In this document: positions 1 to 11,899 of the stretch, one piece after another | Numbering within the stretch: the stretch's first letter is position 1 | Layout: the number at the start of each line of letters is the position of its first letter | Source: the human T2T-CHM13v2.0 reference genome, Homo sapiens | DNA: 64,000 nucleotides | Reading direction: 5' to 3' (one strand) | Assembly (NCBI RefSeq): GCF_009914755.1 | Contig: NC_060929.1 | Made by a program: the position numbers and the translations under genes | Notes under the pieces: model-generated | Told to the model about the DNA's origin: nothing | Databases searched by the model: none | The model's input: only the letters and a program-made list of their open reading frames with translations

Positions 1-1330
1 CAGTGGCCTTCTCAGACCCTGTAGGAAAGGCCTCTACCTATCCAGTGAAAGTGTCTACCCAGACTAAGAGGTATTTTAGTTATCTGACTGGGGACATGCT
101 GATTAAAGCTAATTTGCCAGTCCTGGGTGGGGGCAAATCCTCGAGCTTGATGTGTGTAGGGAAGGGAGGGGGCCTGAATAATCCTTGAGAAGTAGTAGAA
201 CAGCAGATGGAACACTGAGAAGTTATTTCCTTGAGGATAGATTTCCACGATGGAAAGGAAATGAGAGGTTTTAAGAGGCAGGCTAGTGGCCTGTACTATA
301 GCATAGCCTGCCTTTGCTGGTGTGTGGCGATTAGGCCTGGTGGAACTGCCATCAATAAACTAAGTGTGATCAGGGTGAGGAACAGGAAAGAAGGAAATAT
401 GGGGAAATGGGGTGAACGTCAGGTGGATCAGAGAGATGCAGTCATGAGGGTCAGGTGTGGTATCTGGAATAATGTGGGAGGCTGGATTGAAGTCCGGGCC
501 AGGAACAATGGTAATTATGGGAGACTCAACAAAGAGTGAGTACAGCTGAAGGAGCCAGGGAGCAGAAAGTATATGTGTCAGGTGGGAGGAAGAAAAGATT
601 TTGGAAGTTACGAGAAATGTAGAGAGTGAGTTGAGCATAGTTTGTGATTTTTAGGGCCTTTAAAAGTATTAAAGCAGCAGCAGCTGCTGCACGCAGACAT
701 GAGGGCTAGGCTAAAACAGTAAGGTCAAGTTGTTTGGACAGAAAGGCTATCGGGTGCGGTCCTGGCTCTTGTGTAAGGATTCTGACCACACTAACCATGC
801 CTAGGAAGGAAAGGAGTTGTTGTTTTGTAAGGGATTGAGGTTTGGGAGATTAGTCGGACATGATCAGCAGGGAGAGCACGTGTGTTTTTATGAGAATTAT
901 GCCGAGATGGGTAACAGATGAGGATGAAATTTGGGCTTGACTGAAGTAAAGGGGACTGTCTGTGAAGCCTTGCGGCAGTACAGCCCAGGTAATTTGCTGA
1001 GCCTAATGGGTGTCAGGGTCAGTCCAAGTGAAAGCGAAGAGAGGCTGGGATGAAGATCCAGAACAGAATAATGCGTTGTAGAGGGAGGTATTGAGGATAG
1101 GAGAGTATATGAGTTTAGCACCATGGGGTGGATAGGCAAAACAATTTGGTTGATAAGGCACAGATCCTGAACTAACCTGTAAGTCTTGTCTGGTTTTAGG
1201 ACAGGTAAAATGGGGGAATTGTAATGAGAGTTTATAGGCTTTAAAAAGCCATGATGTAACAGGCGAGTGATAACAGGCTCTAATCCTTTTAAAGCGTGCT
1301 GTGGGATGGGATATTGGCATGGAGGGGGGT
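1..1330 (-). pseudogene. pol: HERV-H pol remnant (deleted RT; RNase H/integrase fragments)
   Basis: RT-like NSYTLLSSIPPSTTHYSVLDL (ORF 897..1139) and VLPQGFTDSP (about 950-980); integrase-like HQARGFAPTQDWQI (ORF 12..248). Multiple frameshifts; no YxDD motif visible. Confidence 0.85.
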
Positions 1331-1449
1331 AAGAGTGATTAGGTTTTAATGGGATGGTAAGGGGTGCATGATTGGTCGATAAGGAAGGAGTAGAGGTGTC
1401 TTATACTTGTGGGTTAAGGTGGGGAGATACAAGGGGAGGATATGAAGGA

Positions 1450-1780
1450 GGCTTTGAACTGAGGGAAAAGGCAGCAATGAGGTGTGGCTGTAGCCCAGGA
1501 ATAGTCAGGGAAGCCCATAACTTAGTTAAAGTGTCTCGGCCTAATAAGGGAACTGGGCAGGTGGAGATAACTAAAAAGGAGTGCTTAAAAGAGTATTATC
1601 TAAGTTGGCCCCAGAATTGGGGAGTTTTAAGAGGTTTAGAAGCCTGGCCGTCAATACCTACAACAGTTATGGAGGCAAGGGAACAGCCCTTGAAAAGAAG
1701 GTAATGTGGAGTGGGTAGCCTCCTTATTGATTAAGAAGGGGACGGACTTACTTTCCACTGTGAGAGTTACCCGAAGCTCA
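1450..1780 (-). pseudogene. pro: HERV-H protease remnant, catalytically dead
   Basis: Minus strand around 1703-1740 translates PFLINKEATHSTL, aligning with the retroviral L(I/V)DTGA motif but with DTG replaced by NKE. Confidence 0.7.
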
Positions 1781-1924
1781 GCATCCGTGATGGCCTAGGG
1801 GGCTTCCGAGGTGATCGGGCAGCGTCAGTCTTCAGCCGCTAAGCCGAGAAGATCTGGGAAGGAGTCAGAAAGCCTTGGGCCAGAGTTCCAGGGGCTCTGG
1901 GAGTGGATGCCAGGTGAGTTGAAC

Positions 1925-2960
1925 AGTCCGATTTTTCAGTGGGGTCCCACACAGATGGGACATGGCTTAGGAGGAATCCTGGGCTGCGGGCATTCCTTGG
2001 CCTGGTGGCCAGATTTCTGGCACTTGTAGCAAGCTCCTGGGGGAGGCAGTTCTGGAGGAATGCCTGGCCACTGTGGTTTAGGCATTTGGAAGTTCTTGTG
2101 TGCTGGAGATGTGGCTGGGGTTTGTCTCACAGTGGAGGCAAGGAATTGCAACTCAGAAATATGTTGCCACTTGGCTGCCTCTACTCTATTATTGTACACC
2201 TTGAAGATGAGGTTAAGTAAGTCCTGTTGTGGGGTTGGAGGGCTGGAATTTAATTTTTGGAGTTTTATTTAATGTTGGGAGCAGATTGGATAATAAAATG
2301 TATATTGAGCATAAGACGGCCTTTTGACCTTTTAGGGTCTAGGGCTGTAAAGCGTCTCAGGGTTGCTGCCAAACGAGCCATGAACTGGGCTGGATTTTTA
2401 TATTTGATGAAAAAGAGCCTAAACGCTATCTGATTTGGGATAAGGAAAAAGGAGCATTAACCTTGACTATGCCTTTAGCTCCAGCCACCTTTTTAAGAGT
2501 AAATTGCTGGGCAGGTGGGGGAGGGCTAGTCACAGAACAAAACTGTAAGCCGGACCGGGTGTGAGGAGGGGAGGTGATAAAAGGATTATAGGGTGGAGGA
2601 GTGGAGGCTGAGGAAGAATTGGGACCTAGCTCGGCCTGGCAAAGAGGAGAGAGATCAGATGGGTCTGTAGAAAAGGAATATTAGAAAGACTCACGACGCT
2701 TGGGGTTGGGACTGAGGGGACAGGTGGGAGGGAAAGAAGGAAGATTTGGGACAAGTTGCATTGGGAACAGAGACTATGGAGGGACTGATGTGTAAAAGAA
2801 TGCCTGGACATCAGGCACCTCAGACCGTTTGCCTATTTTATGACAAGAATTACTTAGATCTTGTAGGATGGAAAAATGGAAAGTGCCATTTTCTGGCTAT
2901 TTGGAACTACTGTCGAGTTTATATTGGGGTCAAGTGGCATTATAGAAGAAAATAAGGCAT
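1925..2960 (-). pseudogene. gag: HERV-H gag remnant with nucleocapsid zinc knuckles
   Basis: ORF 1936..2199(-) contains CYKCQKSGHQAKEC (CX2CX4HX4C, 1990-2031). The second knuckle CPICVGPH is broken by a TGA at 1936-1938. The upstream boundary is approximate. Confidence 0.85.
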
Positions 2961-3159
2961 TTAGGTTTTAGGTCAGGTGTGAGTTGAAGAGGTTTTAGGT
3001 TTTTAAGAACACAGGCTAAGGGAGAAGAAGGAGGAATGGAGGGTGGAAGGTTGCTCATAGTGAAGGAGGCAAGCCCAGAGAAAAGAGAGAGTAGAGACAC
3101 AGAGGAAAGGGGTTTGGGGGTTCTTACCCTCCAGAAAAGGAGGAAAGGGGTCAGGGTGG

Positions 3160-3335
3160 GGAAATAAGGGGTTGGGGTGCAGAGATAAGAGGTCGGGGCA
3201 TGGAAATAAGGGATCAGGGTGCAGAGATAAGAGGTCGGGGCGTGGAAATAAGGGATGGGGCACAGAGATAAGAGGTCAGGGCGTGGAAAAGGATCAGGGT
3301 GCAGAGATAAGGGGTCAGGGCATGGAAATAAGGGA
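3160..3335 (-). repeat. HERV-H leader tandem repeat, about 4 copies of a 40-42 bp unit
   Basis: Plus-strand unit GGAAATAAGGG...GCAGAGATAAGAGGTCGGGGCAT recurs at about 3160, 3202, 3244, 3285 and (partially) 3324. Confidence 0.9.
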
Positions 3336-3794
3336 CTGGGGGGTTCTTGCACCCTAGAAAAGTGGTACTTGCCACTAAGGGTGAAGGAGAAGGGGTTGGG
3401 GGGTTCTTACTGCCCAGAAAAGCGGAGAAGGGGTATTGACATGGAGAGAAGGGGTTGTGGTTCTTGCCCCTCCCCCAGAAAAGCGGGACTTGCCGCTAAG
3501 GGTGAAGGACCAAGGCAGGCATCCCTGCATGGTCAGACACCTCTGAAACATGGGTAAATAATCAGAGAGGTGTCCCTGCAGTGATTAAACACCAAGGGAA
3601 GGCTGCCTTCCCGAGTCCGTGAGCAGTGCTGGAGTTTTGGGTCCATGGATAAAACGTGTCTCCTTTGTCTCTACCAGAAAATGAAAGGAATTGAAATTAA
3701 GAGAAGGGAGAGATTGAAGGGTGGTGCCAAAATTGAAAGGAGAAGATGGTTGACGGTTAGTGAGAGAGGTTGGAGAAGAGAGTAAGAAGAGGCC

Positions 3795-3803
3795 GCTTAC
3801 CCG
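3795..3803 (-). promoter_or_regulatory. HERV-H leader major splice donor
   Basis: Minus strand AATCGG|GTAAGC about 150 nt downstream of the LTR, the usual position of the HERV-H leader donor. Confidence 0.75.
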
Positions 3804-3926
3804 ATTTAAAATTGGTGAGATGTTCCTTGGGCTGGTGGGTCTGAGGACCTGAGGTCGTAGGTAGATCTTTTTCACGGAGCAAAGAGCAGGAGGACAGGGG
3901 ATTGATCTCCCAAGGGAGGTCCCCCG

Positions 3927-3944
3927 ATCCCAGTCACTGCACCA
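3927..3944 (-). promoter_or_regulatory. Primer binding site, tRNA-His type
   Basis: Minus strand TGGTGCAGTGACTGGGAT just after the LTR; 2 mismatches to canonical TGGTGCCGTGACTCGGAT. Confidence 0.9.
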
Positions 3945-3946
3945 AA

Positions 3947-4356
3947 TTTCATGGGCGTCTGTGTGAAGAGACCACCAAACAGGCTTTGTGTGAGCAACAA
4001 GGCTGTTTATTTCGCCTGGGTGCAGGCGGGCTGAGTCTGAAAAGAGAGTCAGCAAAGGGAGGGGTGAGGCCGTTTTATAAGATTTGGTTAGGTAAAGGAA
4101 AATTACAGTCAAAGGGGGGCTGTTCTCTGGCGGGCTGGAGTGGGGGTCACAAGGTGCTCAGTAGGGGAGCTTTTGAGCCAGGATGAGCCAGGAGAAGGAA
4201 TTTCACAAGATAATGTCATCAGTTAAGGCAGGAACAGGCCATTTTCATTTCTTTTGTGGTGGAATGTCATCATTTAAGGCAGGAACCAGCCATCTGGATG
4301 TGTACCTGCAGGTCACAGGGGATATGATGGCTTAGCTTGGGCTCAGAGGCCTGACA
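3947..4356 (-). mobile_element. LTR7-family 5' LTR of HERV-H (subtype not resolved)
   Basis: Starts TGTCAGGCCTCTGAGCCCAAGCTAAGCC at 4356 and ends CATGAAA at 3947. TATAAAA at 4073-4079, AATAAA at 4006-4011, U3 repeat GTTCCTGCCTTAA(C/A)TGATGACATT at 4212-4235 and 4263-4286. Confidence 0.95.
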
Positions 4357-4414
4357 GTGGGTCTGTATCTCCTTTTCAATGTGAATATGTATCGAGACTA
4401 TGAATAGCTAAGTA

Positions 4415-4710
4415 AAGGTGAAAAGTCCCATACTCACAAGGACCAGGCAGGTAAGATAAACGGGGGAAATAGGCCAGGTTGTCAACTATGCGTCATGGTG
4501 GGGACTGTTCTGATTTGAAGTCTGTATGGCCAGGCAGTGTCTCTCAGGGCTGGCAGGTTGGTGCTTCCAGGGAATTCAGGTGTAGAGTTGCTAGATCTCC
4601 CAGTTCCTCAAGAAAATTGAGCAATCTGGATTTATTTTTATATAAAATCCCCAGATTTAAAATGGTTCTGTAATGGTCACTTGTGGAACAGTTTAAGTAG
4701 GCTTTTGGCA
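4415..4710 (+). mobile_element. Old hAT-Charlie MITE, MER102-like
   Basis: GGACCAGGCAGGTAAGATAAA and GTTGCTAGATCTCCCAG...AATCTGGATTT; homologous in reverse orientation to 52745-53085. Confidence 0.55.
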
Positions 4711-4739
4711 CAACATCCTGGCTTCAGATTTTTCTGACA

Positions 4740-5110
4740 ATAATGTGCTAAATGCCCTTAAGGACCAGGACAATTACACATACGCAACCCATGAAGTGCA
4801 GAAAGTTAGCAGCTGTGGGACTTCCTTGAATGATGGGTTCAGAAGCCAGAAGATAAGAAGCTGATGATAAATGCTTCTTCCCCTCATCCTGAGATGCACA
4901 GCCTAAGGCTCCTGGGAAGGTCCAGCACCATCATGATTAGGCACCCACAACGGCAGTGGCTAACTGTATAACTCTTCCTTGTGTTGGCTTTCCCTTTCCT
5001 TGTCTCTGCCACTGTTCCTTACTCTTGCTCTTCTGAATCGCTTCCCCAGTAAACTACTTGTTCACAGCCTCAGTCTCAGCCTCTCCTTTCAATACAAATT
5101 GGGTTAAGAC
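4740..5110 (+). mobile_element. Old ERVL solo LTR, LTR16/LTR33-like
   Basis: 3' end CCCAGTAAACTACTTG...AGTCTCAGCCTCTCCTTT...TTAAGAC resembles the LTR16 terminus. Confidence 0.55.
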
Positions 5111-6454
5111 GTTTGGCAGCTAATTCATTTTTAAAAGTCACTGTGTAGAACAAAACAAGACTATCTATAGGGCAGATGTGTAGTGCAGGACTTCTTGGGA
5201 AATGGTAGATTTAAAAAGAAGGCATTGAGCTTGAGTTACAGACGTGATTTGGTACTTAGGGAATATTTGTAACTTATTTTGTTTTCCATAAGAAACTGTG
5301 TGATTTTTTTTCTTTGCTTTTTGGATTGTTTGTTTGTTTTTTTTAAAGAATTTTAGTAAACCTTTCATTTTAGGATAGTTTTGGATTTACATGACAGTTG
5401 CAAAAATATTATGGAGTATCCTGGTTGAATTTTTTTGTTGCTGTTATTGTTTTGAGTACATGGGAGTTTTCTAAACACATGCTTAGCAAACCTGATACTG
5501 TTTTTCCCTCTTCAGAGCTGTCAGTTCAGATTTCAGAAAGTGCAGAATAGGAAGTTATAAACATACCCTGTAAATTCCTTGAAAGACAGTGCCTCACTCA
5601 TCTTTCTATCTCCCTTAGAACCAGCCACACTGCCATGTACGTGACATTTAATAAATAGTTGTTGAACAGGGGATCCTATCATACATGAGCACGGAGAGGG
5701 ATCATAGCCAGTCTGAAGGCCCTTCCCTGCACTATCCCTGACCACCATACCTCTTTTCCTCCTCTCCAAAAGGCAACCTTTCCCCCTGTGCGATTTCTGT
5801 CCTACCAGGGTAGATTGGGAAGGACACTGGATATTGGAAGGCAAGGTTTTTCGTTCAGGTTTGCCTGAATCTCCCACTCACTCATGTATGATTAAGTGAT
5901 CTTTGTTGCCAAACAAAGCCAGAGCTGCAGCTTTGCCGTCTGGACACTGTGAGAGCTTTCTAGGACATACCTGTGCACTGCATGTCACAGTGTATTTTTA
6001 GCCAATCCCTGAGTGAAAGCTGACAAGCATTTTGTTTCTCTTCTAGATCCTATAAGCACCCACCTTGCATATTTACTCAGTGGCTAACGAAAACAGTAAT
6101 AATAACACATGCTATAGTTTCAGCCTCAGATTTTAGAACATCTTTACAAGGTCTTTTTTATCAACCCTTCTCAGGAAACTCAGACAGCTTGCTTAAAAAA
6201 CCAGGAAATATAGAAACAATATCTGTGAGAACAAGTTACTTTTGTTCAATCTCAGTTTACATCTCAAGAGGATGATTATTCGTAGAACTTTAAATGATGT
6301 GGTAACAAATACTGTAAGCTATTTGTTTTCCGTCCTTCACAGAATTGAAAGCATTCAGCATTCTATGGCAGGGATTCGGCACATTTTATTCATGGACTAT
6401 GTCAGGGATGAAATGAACAGAAGGCATCTTATTTCATAGAGGTTTTGTTTTGTT

Positions 6455-6620
6455 AATGATAACAATAATGCCCTGCATTGAGTACGTCATTGGGTGCCAG
6501 GGATCCTCCAGTGCACCTCACAAGTATCCATTCAATAATATCCCCATTTTAAAAATGGAATAACTGAGGTTGAGAGATTATGATCAGCAGAGCTAAGGGG
6601 ACAATGGGATTTCATGGAGG
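6455..6620 (-). mobile_element. MIR fragment
   Basis: ATCCCCATTTTAAAAATGGAATAACTGAGGTTGAGAGA resembles the MIR core. Confidence 0.55.
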
Positions 6621-7499
6621 ATGTTTAGTTCCAGAGCAATATAATCTAATTTACATTACTGAAGAAGTCGCTGGCTTCTCAGTGGGAAACAAATGCAAAA
6701 ATGGTGAGAGTGGAAACAGGGACAACAAAAGCTACCCAGGGTTGCTTAAGGGGAACCAGCATCCCAATATCTAGAAGAGGTGTTGGTGGGTCTGACAGAA
6801 GTTTGGAGACTCGGAGTTGTTCAAACGCTAAAGGCAGTAGCCTGCTCCTTATATTCGATTCGGTAAGAATTATAGATATGAGCAATGGTTATTTTGTGGA
6901 GCACAATGAAAGCACGTTTCAATCAGATCGTGGCCCTTTTCCGTAAGTCTTGCTTTCTGGAGCAGAGCAGTGGGTCCGGCACTGTTGTACTTTATCTCAA
7001 ACCAGATGGTCTTCTCTAGCTTCTATCAGCTTGCTTGAGACACACAGTAAGTACTGGCTTCTTGCTCCTCAGTCATCCTTAGGGGACGATGATTTGTTTC
7101 TTGGCTTTTGAAAGGTGATTTAATTCAGGCGTATCAGAGCCCCTTTTCTGTAAGGGGAAAGAATCTTAAAAAAAAAAACAACAACTAGAAAATCGTCTGT
7201 TGTCCACAAACCCACACATCCCTGGTTGTACGGAACATCACAGCTTCTTGTTCACAGGCAGCTTTAACAGATAGATGCGGGGATGCCAGCTAAGCCAAGT
7301 GATAAGAAAACAAAACAAAACAGTGGATAAGGGCTCATCATTAAAATCAACTATTCGTATCATTTATATAGTCCCCACACCAATTATTCTGGGAACTGTG
7401 TCTTTCTGGAACTTTCTGTCACCATCATTCGTTTTCCCAATTCTGTAACACCATAATACCCTCTTTCTCTAACACAGATACAGAAGACTTGTAGCAATA

Positions 7500-7700
7500 A
7501 TGTTAATAACTGAATAATATTTACTGAATATTAACTGTATGCCTCACTATTCCCTGTAAAGTTGGTACATGAAAATCATCACTCTGCTAAGGACAACCAA
7601 GGCCTAGAGAGGTTAGTTACTTGACCAAGTGCAGGTAACTTGTATGAAAGGGCTGGAAAGAGAATCAAACCCAAGCTATTGCACTCCAGTGGCTGGTGAT
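7500..7700 (-). mobile_element. MIR fragment
   Basis: AAGGCCTAGAGAGGTTAGTTACTTGACCAAG...ATCAAACCCA. Confidence 0.55.
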
Positions 7701-8184
7701 CTTAGGTGCAAGAAAGTCTGTTGACTGACTATGTGAAAACCATACTCCCCGCAACACTGGCCAGAGGGAAGAAATCAAATCCGTGTGTTGAGATGGTCTG
7801 GACAGGCAGGCTGCTGGAAGGCAGAGTATCATTACAGCTATTAAGACAATGCAGAGGGCTATTTTGGTGCTCAGATCTGTGCAGCCAGATGGAAATTGTA
7901 GTTCAAGCTTAGTGTTGTCAGACAGCAGAGGCTGTGGGCAAAGGGGAAGGCACGGGTGAGCGATTTTTGACTGTTTATCTCTAATGTGTGTGGCCAGTGT
8001 CACTCCCATCTCTGATGTCTGTGATTTATTCTATTATACTGTCAGGATTAAAACACCTTAGCAGGAGAAAAATAAAGGGAGGGATACAAATGGTGTGTCA
8101 TTGATGTGACAGATGCTATTTCTCTGGAAACCATAGAGGATGAGGGTATGGAAACTCTCAAAAATGCCACGACCACCGAATATC

Positions 8185-8345
8185 AGAACCGAACAAACCT
8201 TTAGGGACCATCTGTTTCAAGCCACTCATTTGACAGATGAGGAAACTAAGACTCAGGGAGCTTAGGTGGTGATCAAAGTAACATAAGCTCCTAAATTTAG
8301 AGCAAGAACCCTAACTCCCACCGCCCAGTTCAGTATTCATTCAGC
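8185..8345 (-). mobile_element. MIR fragment
   Basis: CATTTGACAGATGAGGAAACTAAGACTCAG. Confidence 0.6.
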
Positions 8346-8879
8346 AACATCACCTGCTGGTGAGGTCCATTGTTCCTTCCCCTAAATTCAGAGTTGAGAT
8401 TCACATTAAGTAAAAAAAGAAAAATCTGTTTTTATTTTAGCAAGAGTAAAGAAAAGTAGAAAGCACGAGCCGGAAATTCTCTCCTTTGCTCTCCAGTATC
8501 CATACAATGTTAACACTGGGACTGTGGTCCTTGGCTCTCTTTGCTGTTGCTATCTTTTGTGGCTAGCTCCTTTCCCTTCTCTGAACAAAAGGAGACCCTA
8601 GTCACCTCCTCACCCTTGTTAAGTGATGGGGTGGGCCATTCTCTGCCTGGTGCAGCTTTCAGCTCCTTACTGCGTCCTCACCCATCCTTGCCTAGACCTC
8701 TTCATCCGCTGTCTCTCTCCTGCTGTTTCCTGTGTGAATAGAGAGAAAGGATCAGAGTAAGTCAAAGTCCTGGCCTGCCAAGGAACCCAGACACCCGTCT
8801 CTCCACCTCTTGCCTCCTTCCTCACTCATTCCTCTGCACTAATCTTTCAGCAACTCAGATTTTCTGAAACACTTAAAAT

Positions 8880-9090
8880 CAGTAGAAAAGCACAGAATTT
8901 GAAGCAGGATGACCTAACTTTAAGCCTAATCCTGATCACGGTGAGCCATGCAACATGGGACAAGTCTCAGACAAGTCTCTGTGGGCCAGAGTCATCTTCT
9001 GTACAATTGGTATCCTAGACAAAGTTCCTACACCCAGTATTATTCTAGGGGTGAAGTTCATTGATGACAAAATACGTTGTAAAGAGTGTT
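8880..9090 (+). mobile_element. MIR fragment
   Basis: CATGGGACAAGTC...CTCTGTGGGCCAGAGTCATCTTCTGTACAATTGG. Confidence 0.5.
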
Positions 9091-9950
9091 TATTAGCACC
9101 AAATTTTTACTGTGGGTGAAATGCCTAAATTACTTTGTAACTCCTCAGCTCTATTAGAAAATCGTCTTGTGCTCAGACATGATTATGCACTGACAGGGAC
9201 CTCCTGTGAGATGTGCTGTCTCAGCCCAGGAGACTGAATCCAGCAGCCTCCAAGAGTGCTGTGTTCCCCTCAGGCCGCACTGCCCAGCAGAGACAGCCTG
9301 TGTTCACCCAGAAAGAGGGCCAACATCTTTCCAGCTGTGAATTCTGCTTATCACTTGGCTGGATGCAGCATTGCTTGTGGCCCAAATCTCACCATGTTCC
9401 TCATATAAATATGCTGTCGGGCTCTGCTCGTGGTGTTCTCTCTCTAAGAAATGAAGTCTGCCAAGGATTAAGCTTAGAATTGAGACCACAGTGTTTCCAT
9501 TTCTCTAGTTTCTAACGTGAAGATACACATACAAAACTACCACGTTGGAGACGAACAAAGGGAAACCATTTTGGGGGTGAAGGTTAGGGAGGGCATTCCT
9601 GCTCAGAGCTCAGAATCATCAACGCCCAACCTTGACACTTAATAAAAGTATCACTAGAATTGCCTGGAGTTGTGAATTACCTAATTTTGTAGGGACTTCA
9701 ATCTCTATCTATATTGTGTGTGTTTGGTGGGGTGGGTGGGGGGGAGGTTTAAATGATAAAAAATCCAAAACAAAAAACAAATCACAAATCACCTTCCTAT
9801 AGAATGATCCTTGTCTTCTCTAGGAAGTCTCCTATTTTGTATCCCTACACTGAAGCAGGTAAGTTTGCTTTGAATATGATACCAGAAAGAAGAATGGAAA
9901 GAACAAAGATGGCCGCTCTCCCTTTCTCTGACCCCACTGGGTTGATACTG

Positions 9951-10150
9951 CAACGTGGTCCCTGATTTACAATTCTCTACTTTACTATGATGCAAAAGCG
10001 ATATGCATTCAGCACACTTCTGACTTAGGATGGGATTAAGTCCAGATAAACTTATTGTACATTGAGAATATCGTAAGTCGAAAATGCACTTTTGACTGAA
10101 CATATTTTCAACGTATGATGGGTTTATTCGTTAAGCCAAGGAACATCTAT
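9951..10150. mobile_element. TcMar-Tigger MITE, MER47-like
   Basis: GACTTAGGATGGGATTAAGTCCAGATAAAC...GAGAATATCGTAAGTCGAAAATGCA matches the MER47 core; ends GGAACATCTATA. Confidence 0.7.
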
Positions 10151-11899
10151 AGAATAGACGCAATCTCTCCCAAAGCTCAAACCAAGATGAACCCCTCAGA
10201 AAAACGAATGTCTGCAAACAGCTGGAAAAACCTCTGCTATGTGCTTTATCCTCACCCCTTTCAAACCTTAGGGCTATGGAAAGGCTTTAGAACCTCAAAA
10301 CCAGGCTATGACTATAAGCCGCAGGAGATCACTCTTGTCAAAAAACACTTAAGGTTCATTTTGTCCCTAGTTTTGTTTGGGAGCTGGGGATACAGATGCT
10401 AAGAAGGTAGTCCATGCTCTCAGGAAACCCACAAGCTACTCCAGGAGAGGCTAAAAGAGTCTTATTATGCCAATACCATAGAGAAATGACCTGGTAGACA
10501 AAAGCACGGTATTATGGGAGGAGAAGCCAAGGCTTCCCGGAGACCCTTGTAGGAGAGATTTTGTGCTGCGAGTCAGAGTTGAGTTTGCTGAAGGTTTCCT
10601 GAGATCCAGTTAGGTTTGCTCTAGTGTGAACTAGATTACTAAAATAGACAGAGAAAATAGCATCCTGATATTTAAATATATGATTACCCTTTCTTTATAA
10701 GTACTTAGCTGGAAGTGTCTTCGGGTGAATACTAAAGCGCGTATCTGTGAATGTAGACCATATTGGAAACAGATTTACTGTCCCAAAGCGTAGTGCTTAC
10801 TCAGCCATCTGATGAGATGTGAGCACTGAGCAGTTTGAGAGGGATGCATAGAGCTGTTTTATTACAAGATGCTGTTATGAGTTATAGCAGCTTTCCTTAT
10901 GCTCTACGGCTGTCGCCAAACAAGTTACATGAATATAAGCAGTTTTATTTGCAATTTTTTGCTTACATTTTCTTAGCATATTCGGATTATAGCTTCTCAC
11001 AGCTCCACTCATGCTCCTGTGGCTGTCCCAGTATATTGCTTTATTCAGAGCCAAAAGGAGCGTTTACAAACATTTGTAGAAAGTCCTCCTTAGAGTACAC
11101 AGTGCTAGTGTTTATTGATGCTATCACCTGGCACTTGTTTTTTTCAAAAAATAAAAAAAGAAAAAAGCATTTTCACCCTTGGATATAATGTGTTTCTTTC
11201 AGAGAAAACTTAATAAATACATGAATTTGCCTTTCATTTGATGCAGTTGCAGTAACTCCTGTGTAGGAGGTTTTGTGTTTCAGGAAAAAACAAAATAAAA
11301 CAAAAACAAAAAACAAAAAAAACAACAAATAGAGTTTCAAATTTCATTTGATCAGGATTGAACCTGAAACAACTAAAATAAGAAAGAATTAATTTTGTCT
11401 GAGAGATATACACCAGGCTTGGTTGTTACATACAAGTTATAGGCTGGAAAATTAGTGTTGTTAATTCCCCTGGAATGTGTGAAAATGAATCAGAGGAATT
11501 GATGACGTTAATAAAAATGACAATAACAGTAAATTAGTTTATACTAAATGTAAATAATGGTTATGCTGGGACCTAAATGAACCTGCAACAGCTAGGGACT
11601 TAGTATGAACCCAGTTTATTCTTATTTTATTAAGCATCCTCTAGATCAAAATATTGTGTTATTAATAATTACAATAAATATCTAGCATACAGTGCTCAGT
11701 ATTCAGAGCCTGTCCTCATCTCACTGTTTACTTTGGGAAAATAGCATGTTCATTAGCACTTGGCTTGGTCCAGGGCTTAGGGGACACTGGACATTTGAAC
11801 ATGACTGCATAACCGAGCTTCATTGAGGAGCAGGGGACAGGTGCCAGATGAGGTTTTAGGTAATTTGAAGGATTAGTCTTTAAAGAGTCTTTTAAATTA

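Larger units (their letters stand above)
1..4356 (-). mobile_element. HERV-H endogenous retrovirus, 5' part (5' LTR, leader, gag, pro, partial pol); continues beyond the left edge of the window
   Basis: Minus strand reads TGTCAGGCCTCTGAGCCCAAGC...CATGAAA (LTR7 termini), then a His PBS, a gag CCHC knuckle, protease-like, RT-like (VLPQGFTDSP) and integrase-like (QDWQI) remnants in retroviral order. Confidence 0.97.

Noticed and set aside
231-4186. Plus-strand ORFs and leader ORFs within HERV-H (e.g. 3585..4112, 2930..3352)
   Set aside because: Antisense or leader/LTR-derived frames over tandem repeats with no protein homology.
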